From Thermoplasmata archaeon (GTDB taxonomy: Archaea > Thermoplasmatota > Thermoplasmata > Thermoplasmatales > Thermoplasmataceae), in the NCBI GenBank assembly GCA_049965275.1, contig JBMFWM010000001.1, forward strand, positions 2,752 to 66,751: DNA of 64,000 nucleotides, in the 5' to 3' direction. Numbering within the stretch: the stretch's first letter is position 1; each line of letters starts with the position of its first letter. Positions 40,078 through 49,240 of the stretch are shown here, one piece after another. Below the pieces are notes generated by a model. It did not search any database. It worked only from the letters and a program-made list of their open reading frames with translations, and was not told the DNA's origin. The translations under genes were made by a program, and so were the position numbers.

Positions 40078-40668
40078 ATGATTGACATATCTCTGCCACT
40101 TCAAAACGGCATGATAACCTACCCTGGAGATGCACATTACGAGGAATACGCGTATAAGACACATGAGAAGGACCATGTGCATATAACAAGGGTTTTGATG
40201 GAAACGCATTCCGGCACTCACATAGACGCGCCATTTCACATGTTACCGAATGGGAAGAAACTCAGCGAGATTCCTCTTGAAAACTTCATGGGACGCGCAA
40301 CCGTTATCGAATGCAACGGTACAGAAGTCAAAGAATCCGATATTCCCGAGACTCATGAGAAGATGGTGTTATTCAAGACCCGGAATTCAGATATGTATGA
40401 CTCTTTTCATACTGATTTCGTGTACGTATCTTTACCAGCAGCAAAGAAACTTGTGTCGCATGGTGTGAAATTAGTTGGTATAGATTATCTCTCAATTGAA
40501 AAGTTCAACTCCCCTCAACCAGTGGTGCACTGGGAAATCTTAAAAGCAGGTGCTGTCATCGTTGAAGGAATCAACATGAAAGGGGTAAAGCCAGGCAACT
40601 ACAACATGGTCTGTTTCCCATTGAAAATGTCCGAAGATGGAGGACCCTGCAGGGCCATTCTGTACTGA
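40078..40668 (+). CDS. Cyclase-family protein / kynurenine formamidase-like
   Basis: HSGTHIDAPFH metal-binding motif and 196 aa length. Confidence 0.75.
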   Translation: MIDISLPLQNGMITYPGDAHYEEYAYKTHEKDHVHITRVLMETHSGTHIDAPFHMLPNGKKLSEIPLENFMGRATVIECNGTEVKESDIPETHEKMVLFKTRNSDMYDSFHTDFVYVSLPAAKKLVSHGVKLVGIDYLSIEKFNSPQPVVHWEILKAGAVIVEGINMKGVKPGNYNMVCFPLKMSEDGGPCRAILY

Positions 40669-40883
40669 AGTTTATTGCACAGGGTAAAAATTTTTCCTTT
40701 ACGACTTATTGTTCTGTAACTCAATCAGAGGGAAATATTGTCAGACATTATCCTTCATACTATTTGGCAAGATAAATTCAACCAATGAACCGCAATATAG
40801 GGGATATTCAGAATTAAACAACATTTTACAGACTTCGTAGAAAGAAAGCAAAAGTATTAATATTTGCGAAACAATGTCTGACA

Positions 40884-41528
40884 ATGACCGGATCCATATC
40901 AGTAACACTGGAGAATTATTTCAGGAACCTGTTACTTAACAATCTATACGTTCCTTCCAGTTTTTCTTACGTGATGCTGGTTGGTCTCATGTTGCTATCT
41001 GTAGCGCTCATATTCAAAGGCAGCAAAACCTGGGCAATTCTTTTCGCAGCACTTGGTGCTTATTACGGTTATATCTTCTCCTCATTCATTCTGCATTATA
41101 TTCCACTGGCAAACATGCCTACGTACCTTATACTTCTTATAGGAATACTAATCGGTGCAGTTCTGATGTCCGTGTTCGTAAAGATCGCACTCTCCGTCGG
41201 CTCAGGAATACTTGCCTTCATTATATTAATAGGAATTTATCCTGCATATCTACCAGAAGTTCTCGTTGTTAGTGTGATGATTTTTGCAATTATCTACTTC
41301 CTGTACAAGCGTGTTACTATGGTTGTTGCTGGCATTATGGGTGCTTTCCTACTCTGGTTTGTTCTGATTATTCTCGGCTTGACTTCGCTCGAAGCACAAA
41401 TTGTTGCAGGTGTACTTTATCCGCTTGGATTGTACCTTCAGCTGGTAGAGAGATCAAGAAAGAAGGAGAACTACAGGAGAAGCCGGAGAATCCCCCAGTA
41501 TTACCAGGAGTACAGGTACCGGTACTAG
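40884..41528 (+). CDS. Hypothetical polytopic membrane protein
   Basis: Five to six hydrophobic helices and a basic Y/R-rich C-terminal tail. Confidence 0.55.
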   Translation: MTGSISVTLENYFRNLLLNNLYVPSSFSYVMLVGLMLLSVALIFKGSKTWAILFAALGAYYGYIFSSFILHYIPLANMPTYLILLIGILIGAVLMSVFVKIALSVGSGILAFIILIGIYPAYLPEVLVVSVMIFAIIYFLYKRVTMVVAGIMGAFLLWFVLIILGLTSLEAQIVAGVLYPLGLYLQLVERSRKKENYRRSRRIPQYYQEYRYRY

Positions 41529-41535
41529 TTTGATA

Positions 41536-43254
41536 TCATGCGTCTCTGAGCAATCCAGTTAAATCTTCCGCAAACTGCACTGCGTCTCCTACATATCCAT
41601 AATCTGCGTACTTGAATATTTGTGCCTGCGGATCTTTGTTGACGGCGATAACAGTTCCGGCATATCGTATCCCGACGACATGATTATCATGGCCAGATAA
41701 ACCGAGAGCTATATATAACCTGGGAGAAATTGAGTAACCTGTAAGTCCGATCTGCTGCTGTCTAGGAATCCAGTTAAGATCAACTATAGGCCTAGACCCT
41801 CCAATAGAAGCACTCAGGACGCTAGCAAGCTCGGCAACATGGGCGACATTTTCCTTCTTAACCAAGCCCTTCCCTATTCCGATGACTGTTTTAGCATCCC
41901 TGAGGGGGCGGAACTCTGATGATATATATTCTCTTGATAATGCCACTTCCTGGAACGAGGATGACAGGTCAACTTCCTCATAAGCAATATTGTGTGTTCC
42001 TTTCGACAGTGGGAATATTCCCTGCCTAACGGATGCCATCCCCGGACTTGATTTTGAAGTGATCCTTGCAACCATGCCTCCACCAAACGCAGGTTTGTAC
42101 TGTAATAGCTTTCCATTCTGGACGTCAAGGTTAATGCAGTCCGCTGTAAGACCAAGCGACAGGGATGCTGCAACGTAGGAAGAAATTTCCCTGCCTTCGA
42201 CAGATGAGGAGAATACGACGTAACTTGGTTTCATTTCCCTTATATATCTAGTAAGATATTCGCTGAACCCCTTAATCGAAGCATTGTTCAACTTTATGTA
42301 CCTGTTACACCTCATGCCCTGTATCTTGCTTTTATCGTCATTTCCCAAAGCAACAACAGAAAAAGAATGCTTCAGGCCAAGATCCGAAAGTTTCCCGGCG
42401 ATCTCGAATGCGCTCCTGAGATCACTGTATGAAATAACGACAGCATGATTGGCACAATCCGGTGAAGGTACATCACCTAAAGCCAAGTCCGGATCGTTTG
42501 ACTCTTTAATAATCGTCTTTCTAACAAGTGCAGCAATCTCCTTTATGTCAGGAAGCATTTTTACAGATCTGAAACTGTCGATCCTCTCCGTAGATTCGAC
42601 GACTGTCGGAGAATCAGACCCTCTCACTGAAGTGCCTGTATCTGAAGCTGACCACTTTTCAATCCTGGAACTCATATCCGGAACACTAGGACTCACAAAT
42701 CTTGCGCGATTGATCTTCTCGCTGACAGAAATGAGGAAAGGGAGGGTCATCCTGTAAGTTGCGAAGCCGGTTTCAAGTTCCTGCTCCACTATTGCAGCCA
42801 TGTCATCACTTAATTCTAGTTTAGAGACAGAGGTCTTGAAAGGATATCCTGACAACACTGCAACTTCAGGAGGGATCTGTGATGTTTCCCCGTCCAGGGA
42901 ATATTTTCCAAGAAGAACAATATCAGGTTTCAGTTTGAGTACCACTGAGGATAGGACCTTGGCAGTCACCCAGGTATCTGCTCCAGCAAAAGCTGGATCG
43001 GAGATAAGGATAGCCCTGTCCGCACCCATCCTGAGGGATGAGTTCAATATTTCCGATGCCGAGGGCGGTCCCATCGTCACTACGGTGACCTGCCCTCCAT
43101 GCTTCTCTTTCTGCCTGATTCCCTCTTCGACAGCACGTTTGTCAAAAGGATTAATGATGAGTGGAACCTGATCACGTTTTATCCTGTTTGTTGAAGGATC
43201 AAACTGTATCTTGCTTATCTCAGGGATCTGCTTGACAAAGACAAGTATGTTCAT
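41536..43254 (-). CDS. Electron transfer flavoprotein, fused beta (N-terminal) and alpha (C-terminal) subunits
   Basis: The N-terminal half (VFVKQIPE...NPFDKRAVEEG...GADRAILISD) is EtfB-like. The C-terminal half (GGSRPIVDLNWIPRQQQIGLTGYSISPRLYIALGLSGHDNHVVG...AVNKD) is EtfA-like. Both lie in one 572-aa ORF. Confidence 0.85.
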   Translation of the reverse strand: MNILVFVKQIPEISKIQFDPSTNRIKRDQVPLIINPFDKRAVEEGIRQKEKHGGQVTVVTMGPPSASEILNSSLRMGADRAILISDPAFAGADTWVTAKVLSSVVLKLKPDIVLLGKYSLDGETSQIPPEVAVLSGYPFKTSVSKLELSDDMAAIVEQELETGFATYRMTLPFLISVSEKINRARFVSPSVPDMSSRIEKWSASDTGTSVRGSDSPTVVESTERIDSFRSVKMLPDIKEIAALVRKTIIKESNDPDLALGDVPSPDCANHAVVISYSDLRSAFEIAGKLSDLGLKHSFSVVALGNDDKSKIQGMRCNRYIKLNNASIKGFSEYLTRYIREMKPSYVVFSSSVEGREISSYVAASLSLGLTADCINLDVQNGKLLQYKPAFGGGMVARITSKSSPGMASVRQGIFPLSKGTHNIAYEEVDLSSSFQEVALSREYISSEFRPLRDAKTVIGIGKGLVKKENVAHVAELASVLSASIGGSRPIVDLNWIPRQQQIGLTGYSISPRLYIALGLSGHDNHVVGIRYAGTVIAVNKDPQAQIFKYADYGYVGDAVQFAEDLTGLLRDA

Positions 43255-43592
43255 GCAACTTCAACGAGGATTTCCCCATTCTCCACCTTTGCCTTGTAAG
43301 ATTTTAGTGGAGAAATATCGCCAGATCCCTCTGGAGGGCTGACAACAGAGCCGTTGGAAGGCTCAAACGTCGCAAAATGGTTCGGGCATATGAGCTTGCC
43401 ATCATCCACGAAACCTTCTGAAAGATCATAATCTTCATGTGTGCAATAACAGGATGTAGCGTAGAAGTTGTTCTTGATCCTGATTATGAGGACCTCCAAA
43501 TCCCCAACCTTCGCTTTCATCAGATCGCCATCCTTCATGGAAGTTTCCTTGCCAACCTTAAACCATGCCATACTTCCAGATTGGATAATCAA
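43251..43592 (-). CDS. Rieske [2Fe-2S] ferredoxin-like protein
   Basis: CTH ... CPNH (CxH / CxxH) motifs with typical ~20-residue spacing in 113 aa. The stop overlaps the ETF start (ATGA-type 4-nt overlap). Confidence 0.8.
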   Translation of the reverse strand: MIIQSGSMAWFKVGKETSMKDGDLMKAKVGDLEVLIIRIKNNFYATSCYCTHEDYDLSEGFVDDGKLICPNHFATFEPSNGSVVSPPEGSGDISPLKSYKAKVENGEILVEVA

Positions 43593-43689
43593 ATTATAAT
43601 CTTTCCTTCATAGAAGAACCTACAATTAAGGGCACTCAAGTTGCATCTTAATGTCTCTTCATGAGCACAAAAAAGCTCCATTTCCATTT

Positions 43690-43697
43690 TTTTATAC
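43690..43697 (+). promoter_or_regulatory. Candidate TATA box for map (leaderless spacing)
   Basis: TTTTATAC is centred ~26 nt upstream of the ATG at 43720. Confidence 0.4.
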
Positions 43698-43719
43698 TAA
43701 CAATGCATACCTTATCGTC

Positions 43720-44601
43720 ATGGCGGAAATCACCGACGATGCAAGGAACAAGTTCATTCAGGCAGGCAAAATAGGCAAACTTGCACTCGAGAAGGCTTTG
43801 TCTGAGATCGAATCCGGGGCTCTTTTCCTGACTGCAGCTGAAAAGGCTGAGGGACTTATAAGAGAGATGGGAGCCAAGCCATCTTTTCCGGTAAACTTAT
43901 CGATTAACAACGAAGCAGCGCACTACACTCCAGCTCCGAATGATAAAAAAGTTTTCAGGACCGGCGATCTTGTAAAAGTGGACATTGGAGCCAGTATAGA
44001 CGGATACCTCTCGGATAATGCGGCTACCGTTGAAGTGGGAGAAAGGGGCAGGAATAGCGATTTAATTGATTGCACAAGGGAAGCGCTCAACAAGGCAATT
44101 TCCGTTCTCAGGCCAGGCAGCAGGGTTCGCGACCTCGGTAGCGTCATCGGTGAAACAATAACTTCACATGGCTACAAGCCTGTGAAAAACCTTGGAGGGC
44201 ATGGTGTTGGCAGATACGATCTACATTCAGCCCCTTTCATTCCTAACTACGATGATCAAAACGGCAACGTGCTTCGACCTGGACAGGCTATAGCGATTGA
44301 GCCTTTTGCAAGCACAGGCATAGGCATGATACACAACGGTCCAGGTGGTAACATATACATATTGAGCGGAACAAAGATCAACCAGGATGAACCCGTTTAC
44401 AGGAACTTCAATACTATCCCGTTTGCATCAAGATGGCTCAAGGATGTCGTTCCGGATCCTCCCACCTACCTCCGTTCCATGATCAAGGCGCGTCAGGTCT
44501 CCGAATTCGCTATATTGAAAGAACACAGCGGCGCAATGATAGCGCAGTCTGAGCACACAATACTCATTCTTGAAGACCGGATTGTTGTCACAACGCAGTG
44601 A
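43720..44601 (+). CDS. map: Methionine aminopeptidase (type 2, archaeal)
   Basis: Pita-bread metal ligands (VKVDIGASIDGY, GHGVG, IEPF, EHT). The internal ATG at 43720 is preferred because the 23 upstream codons cover the TATA box. Confidence 0.85.
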   Translation: MAEITDDARNKFIQAGKIGKLALEKALSEIESGALFLTAAEKAEGLIREMGAKPSFPVNLSINNEAAHYTPAPNDKKVFRTGDLVKVDIGASIDGYLSDNAATVEVGERGRNSDLIDCTREALNKAISVLRPGSRVRDLGSVIGETITSHGYKPVKNLGGHGVGRYDLHSAPFIPNYDDQNGNVLRPGQAIAIEPFASTGIGMIHNGPGGNIYILSGTKINQDEPVYRNFNTIPFASRWLKDVVPDPPTYLRSMIKARQVSEFAILKEHSGAMIAQSEHTILILEDRIVVTTQ

Positions 44602-44602
44602 A

Positions 44603-45199
44603 TCACAATTTGTTGAGTATCCTCTGCAATACGGTTTTTGCAAGCTTCTCCGGAGGGAGCGTTGCATCAAGCTTTTCTATTTCTGGTGACATGAGGCTTG
44701 AATAGAAGGCAGAAACCCTGTCGAGATCGACGGCGTTTTCAAGCAAATCACTGTGCCGGTATTTGGCAATACGCTGCCTGGCGACTTCCGTCTTTATATC
44801 CAGAAAGAATGTAAGATCAGGGCTAAGTGTTATGACCCTTGAAACAAACCTCATCCAATCGAGTGCCTGGCTAGTCGATCCGAATGTACCTGACATTGAG
44901 GACCCCTGGTATGCGTATGACGATAAAATATACCTGTCGCTTATCACAACATCATGATCCTGCAGATTCTCGACTATCTCCCGCTGATGGTTATAGCGGT
45001 CGTAGGTAAAGAGTAGAAAAAGTGAAACCGGATCATATGAGTCAGGATTATCATCGAGGATCTTTCTCATTCTGGCTGTCGGCTCCGCAGTTGTCCAGAC
45101 CGTTTTTCCTTCCTCTACAAGCCTCTGTTTCACAAGATTGACAAGTGTGGATTTACCTGAGCCATCTATTCCCTCAACAACTGCAAAAACCGGCGTCAT
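44603..45199 (-). CDS. tmk: Thymidylate kinase
   Basis: VEGIDGSGKST P-loop and DRY motif (SDRYILSSYAYQ). Confidence 0.9.
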   Translation of the reverse strand: MTPVFAVVEGIDGSGKSTLVNLVKQRLVEEGKTVWTTAEPTARMRKILDDNPDSYDPVSLFLLFTYDRYNHQREIVENLQDHDVVISDRYILSSYAYQGSSMSGTFGSTSQALDWMRFVSRVITLSPDLTFFLDIKTEVARQRIAKYRHSDLLENAVDLDRVSAFYSSLMSPEIEKLDATLPPEKLAKTVLQRILNKL

Positions 45200-45325
45200 A
45201 ACAGATACACGCTAATTGTTCAAACATTATTTTATTTTGCTGGCTCAAAATGGGTTTGCGCATATTGTAAAATTCTTAGATCACAATGGGAAATCGAGTG
45301 CTCAGGACACAGGAATAAAGCTTAA

Positions 45326-46513
45326 ATGAATCCCTCCTCTATTGGAATTATGTCTTCAGGGTTCAATACAAGGGCAGTGCAGGATGGGGAATTGAGAATC
45401 AAGGAATTTGGCAATATGACTACACCTATATTTGAGAACTCGACATTTGCAAATCCCAACGAGTCTCAGAATCCCGCTACCGATCATACGAGGGGAAAAC
45501 CCTACATGTATACAAGATGGGGTAATCCGACGCTGCAGTCCCTCGAGAAGAAATACGCTTCTCTTGACCAGGTGGATGAAGCTCTCTCCTTTTCATCCGG
45601 AATGGCTGCAATAACTTCCAGCCTCCTGGCACTGCTCAAGAAGGGCGATCACCTGCTGTCCGTAAATGAGCTTTACGGTGAAACTTTCCTCTTCTTTACC
45701 AAGACCCTTCCTGATATGGGAATCAATGTCAGCTTTATCTCAACCGATGAACTGAATAGTGAAGATATAGATCTTAGGAAATATAAGGCAGTATATACTG
45801 AATCAATAGTGAATCCGACTCTTGGAGTGTGCGACCTTGATCATATTGGATCGATAGCTGCTGAAGCAGGATCGCCTCTGCTGGTAGATTCGACGTTTGC
45901 ATCGCCATATAATCAGAATCCTTCGAAATTCCATGCATCAGTGACTCTTCACAGCGGAACCAAATATATAGGTGGCCATGCAGACATAATACTGGGACTT
46001 GCAGGTTTCAGCAAGGACTATCTCGAGAGGATCTGGCTCTCAAGGAAAACCTTCGGCGGTATACCCGATCCATTGCAGGCATTCCTTGCCCTCAGAGGAA
46101 TAAAGACGCTTGGTCTCAGAATGAAAGTCCAGAATGAAAATGCACTCGCCCTTGCAAGATTCCTTGAGCAGCACAAAAGCGTAAGGAAGGTATTTTATCC
46201 CGGACTTGAGAGTTTCAGGTATCATGAAATTGCAAAACGTAACCTGAAGGGATACGGTGGCATGATATCGTTTGAGCTTAAAGATGGGGTTCCGGCAGCT
46301 AGAAAGATGATGAAGAACCTGAAAATATGCTCATCTGCACCGAGCCTCGGAGGTATAGAATCGCTTATCACACTTCCGATCGATACAACGCACGGATCAT
46401 TGACTCCTGCTGAAAGGGCTAAAATGGGCATTCCGGAAGGATTGATCAGGTTCTCTGTCGGAATAGAGGATTCAGAAGATCTCATTGAGGACTTCCAGAA
46501 AGCCTTGTCATGA
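45326..46513 (+). CDS. Cys/Met-metabolism PLP enzyme (cystathionine gamma-synthase/lyase or O-acylhomoserine sulfhydrylase family)
   Basis: The HSGTKYIGGHAD PLP-lysine motif and C-terminal IRFSVGIED are hallmarks of the family. Specificity is not resolvable by eye. Confidence 0.85.
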   Translation: MNPSSIGIMSSGFNTRAVQDGELRIKEFGNMTTPIFENSTFANPNESQNPATDHTRGKPYMYTRWGNPTLQSLEKKYASLDQVDEALSFSSGMAAITSSLLALLKKGDHLLSVNELYGETFLFFTKTLPDMGINVSFISTDELNSEDIDLRKYKAVYTESIVNPTLGVCDLDHIGSIAAEAGSPLLVDSTFASPYNQNPSKFHASVTLHSGTKYIGGHADIILGLAGFSKDYLERIWLSRKTFGGIPDPLQAFLALRGIKTLGLRMKVQNENALALARFLEQHKSVRKVFYPGLESFRYHEIAKRNLKGYGGMISFELKDGVPAARKMMKNLKICSSAPSLGGIESLITLPIDTTHGSLTPAERAKMGIPEGLIRFSVGIEDSEDLIEDFQKALS

Positions 46514-46517
46514 TGCA

Positions 46518-46877
46518 TCAGTAAAGTGAAAGCGATCCAGTGATCACATCAAGTTGCTCGGATTCCGCGGGGCCCGCCCCAAGGCAGGTTGCCGTTCCCG
46601 GGGGAATCTGCGTAAGTCCCGCATCCGTAATAAGCGACGTGCTTATTCCCGCGGCTTCAAACTTTTCCTTGATTTCATATAATCCCTTGAGGTCATCAAC
46701 CCTGACAACGACCTTCTTTTGGCCCTGATCCAGCCACTGACGGAAGATACGCTTATCATTCTTCATTGAATGAAGTGCCAGGGAAACCGCGGCATGAGCC
46801 ACTTGGGCAGCCATTTTTCCCTTGCCAAGATCAAGATCCTTGCGAACCACAATGATCATCTTGACTTCTCTTACCAT
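46518..46877 (-). CDS. pth: Peptidyl-tRNA hydrolase, archaeal Pth2 type
   Basis: VVRKDLDLGKGKMAAQVAHAA and TDAGLTQIPPGT motifs. Confidence 0.9.
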   Translation of the reverse strand: MVREVKMIIVVRKDLDLGKGKMAAQVAHAAVSLALHSMKNDKRIFRQWLDQGQKKVVVRVDDLKGLYEIKEKFEAAGISTSLITDAGLTQIPPGTATCLGAGPAESEQLDVITGSLSLY

Positions 46878-47428
46878 GGAACACTCTTCCTTTTCATCCT
46901 GAAACCAACTATGTTCACAACTCTATGAAGCGGAGGTGTAATGATAAGAATAATCAGGACTGCAGGTATGTTCCAATATACCTGGAAGAAGAAGCCAGGA
47001 GCAGCAATGTAGAGTAAAAGTAATGCCATCAGTGCGAAGGGATACTGATCGAGGAGGAAACCGTTCTGACCGCTTGACATTCCCAGTCTTCGTTTAATGA
47101 ATGAACCAGTTACATCTCCAAGCATTGATCCGAGGGAAAGCATGAGTATAGGCACTGAGAAGAGCGGTATAACAAAAGCATAGTTTATACCGGAACCAAG
47201 AGCGTATGCAATTCCAAATAAGATTAGTCCCAGGATATAGCCGAATACTATACCTCCGACAAAGCCGCCCCAGCTCTTGCCGTCGCCAAGTATCCTCCTA
47301 CCACTCCTGAAACTCCTGCCGAAATCCATCTTAGTGCTTCCCTTTGTCAACACAGCAGAAGGATTGGCAACAAATGCAGGCAGGAAGAAATATAGGGAAT
47401 AGAAGATCTGCAGTAGAATATCAGCCAT
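46871..47428 (-). CDS. carS: CDP-archaeol synthase
   Basis: LPAFVANPSAV and GRRILGDGKSWGG motifs (DUF46/CarS) with 5 TM helices. Confidence 0.85.
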   Translation of the reverse strand: MADILLQIFYSLYFFLPAFVANPSAVLTKGSTKMDFGRSFRSGRRILGDGKSWGGFVGGIVFGYILGLILFGIAYALGSGINYAFVIPLFSVPILMLSLGSMLGDVTGSFIKRRLGMSSGQNGFLLDQYPFALMALLLLYIAAPGFFFQVYWNIPAVLIILIITPPLHRVVNIVGFRMKRKSVPW

Positions 47429-48053
47429 ACAGATCCACAGCCTTGAGGACGTCTGCTTTTGTCACTATTCCTTTTAATGTCCCCTCGTCGAATATTAGCA
47501 CTGCATTGGAAAACTTGAGTATTGGATATATCATTGATATGGGGCTGCTCTTGTCAACCTGCGGAAGGGCTGGACCCATTATGTTCTTGACTACCATATT
47601 TCTGAGCGTCTCTATAGATTTGCCATTTACAAGCAGATCGTTAATACCAGCCTCTGTGACAGTACCGACAATCCTCTTCTGTTCCATAACGGGAAGCTGG
47701 GAGTACCCCTTCTCTCTCATTATGTTGAGAGCCTTTACAACGGACTCAGAAGAACTTATGACAACCACTGTCGGCGACATGATTTTGGAAACATTCATGT
47801 CTATTGAGGTAGCACGCATACCGCTCTGGTTCAACACCTCGTAAATTTTCCTTACTTTCTCGTAAGTAGGGTTTATCTCTCCTTTTTCCAGCCTTGCGAT
47901 ATAGGACTGACTCACCCCTGTGCGACCAGCCAGTTCTTTCTGGCTGATACCGAGATTCTTTCTCATCTTGCGAATTTCCGGTATGGTTGGAAGCATTTCT
48001 ATACTCATATAGTGACTGCCTAAATAATATTGACCCAAGTTACTTTCAGACAA
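47421..48053 (-). CDS. XRE-type HTH + tandem CBS domain transcriptional regulator
   Basis: IRKMRKNLGISQKELAGRTGVSQSYIARLEKG is followed by two CBS repeats. An alternative start lies at 48008. Confidence 0.8.
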   Translation of the reverse strand: MSESNLGQYYLGSHYMSIEMLPTIPEIRKMRKNLGISQKELAGRTGVSQSYIARLEKGEINPTYEKVRKIYEVLNQSGMRATSIDMNVSKIMSPTVVVISSSESVVKALNIMREKGYSQLPVMEQKRIVGTVTEAGINDLLVNGKSIETLRNMVVKNIMGPALPQVDKSSPISMIYPILKFSNAVLIFDEGTLKGIVTKADVLKAVDLYG

Positions 48054-48132
48054 TATCGCTAATGCTTGATCACTTGGCGTTAGAAGGGTCGCTGGCAGAA
48101 AGCTTCTTGGAGCTTTTTGTTTAGAGAAGCAT

Positions 48133-49119
48133 CTAAGAGCTGATCGAATAAAGTTTTCTCCGTAGATCCGTCAGATCCCTCGTTTCCCTGATGAGTCCCT
48201 GCCTTATCAGCGATGATAAAGAATTCTGGGTTGTTCTGCGATTCAGGCCAGTAAGCTTCATGATCCTATCCTGATCTATCGTTCCATGAGAGCTTATGAT
48301 AAAGTATACAAATCTCGGAGAAGGTCCCCCAGTGATCTCTGGCTGTACAGGATGTATCCCGAACGTATCCCCCCTAAGGCTCTGGCGCTGCGTTTCTAGT
48401 GCGGCAACACTGGAGGGCGCAATGTTTCCAAGGTTGACATCTTTGCCGAGTCTAATTATCAGGCTTGTCTGCTGGACTTCCTGCGGTGCTTCGAACATTA
48501 TTCTCTTCAAGCCGAATTCAGAAACTATTGCATCCACCCAGTCCCATTTTATATTACCAGATTCGTCATAAATTGCAACACCTTTGCCGGATTCACGCCC
48601 TTCCACAATCACCATGTCTATATCCATGTCCAGTGCTGCACGGATCCTGTCAAGTGAAGCATTCAAAGTTAGCTGGTTCCTAGAATCCTTCTTCCCGACC
48701 TCAATGTGAACCCTCATTCCGAGGGATCTTGCAAGGCCCACCATTGACTTCTTCTCTGCTCTTGATATTTCTATTACTCCCTCACTTATCTCCAAAGTGC
48801 CGAACCCTTCTGCAGCAAGCTTTCTTATGCAGTCTTGCTGCTTTCCCTTCGTAATGCAATATTCAAGCAGCGTGCCACCATTAGAAACGCTGACTCCCAT
48901 GGATTTCCATCGATCGACCCACTTTCTAACGCTTCCAGAGTCCATGATGAATGGAATGCCCCATCCTATCTTTGCGACGTCAATGTACTGTGCGACGGCT
49001 TCTGCCTCCACTCCAGGAAACTTGGAAATTCTATCAAGAACCATGGTTATTCCTTCATTATGCGGCTTTGGTCTTGATGCATCAATAATTTCTTGCAGAA
49101 ATTTAGGCATACTTCGCAA
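48133..49119 (-). CDS. comA: Phosphosulfolactate synthase (ComA family) fused to a C-terminal winged-helix domain
   Basis: KPHNEGITMVLD, IDVAKIGWG, GGTLLEY, LEISEGVI, EVGKKD, VEGRESG, FEAPQEVQQ, VNLGNI and LETQRQSLRGDTFG track the ComA family over ~255 aa. The last ~70 aa (IMKLTGLNRRTTQNSLSSLIRQGLIRE) look like a MarR-type wHTH. Confidence 0.8.
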   Translation of the reverse strand: MRSMPKFLQEIIDASRPKPHNEGITMVLDRISKFPGVEAEAVAQYIDVAKIGWGIPFIMDSGSVRKWVDRWKSMGVSVSNGGTLLEYCITKGKQQDCIRKLAAEGFGTLEISEGVIEISRAEKKSMVGLARSLGMRVHIEVGKKDSRNQLTLNASLDRIRAALDMDIDMVIVEGRESGKGVAIYDESGNIKWDWVDAIVSEFGLKRIMFEAPQEVQQTSLIIRLGKDVNLGNIAPSSVAALETQRQSLRGDTFGIHPVQPEITGGPSPRFVYFIISSHGTIDQDRIMKLTGLNRRTTQNSLSSLIRQGLIRETRDLTDLRRKLYSISS

Positions 49120-49134
49120 TAAAGAGAGGATATA

Positions 49135-49236
49135 TGAATATTAATGCTATTAACATGATAACATATAAGAAAAATTTTCCAATTACATGAATAATTAATG
49201 CCTATAAAATTACTTAAAATCCCTTTACGCATTAAT
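49135..49236. promoter_or_regulatory. Repeated ATTAATGC-containing motifs in the comA/cysH divergent promoter region
   Basis: ATGAATATTAATGCTAT (49135-49151) and ATGAATAATTAATGCCTAT (49187-49205) are direct repeats ~54 bp apart. An inverted core GCATTAAT is at 49229-49236. Copy 2 overlaps a TATA-like CCTATAAAATT. Confidence 0.4.
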
Positions 49237-49240
49237 ACGT

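Noticed and set aside
43651-43719. Upstream extension of the methionine aminopeptidase ORF
   Set aside because: The extra 23 codons cover a T-rich TATA-like element, and the peptide (MSLHEHKKAPFPFFYTNNAYLIV) is not part of MetAP. The ATG at 43720 has proper promoter spacing.
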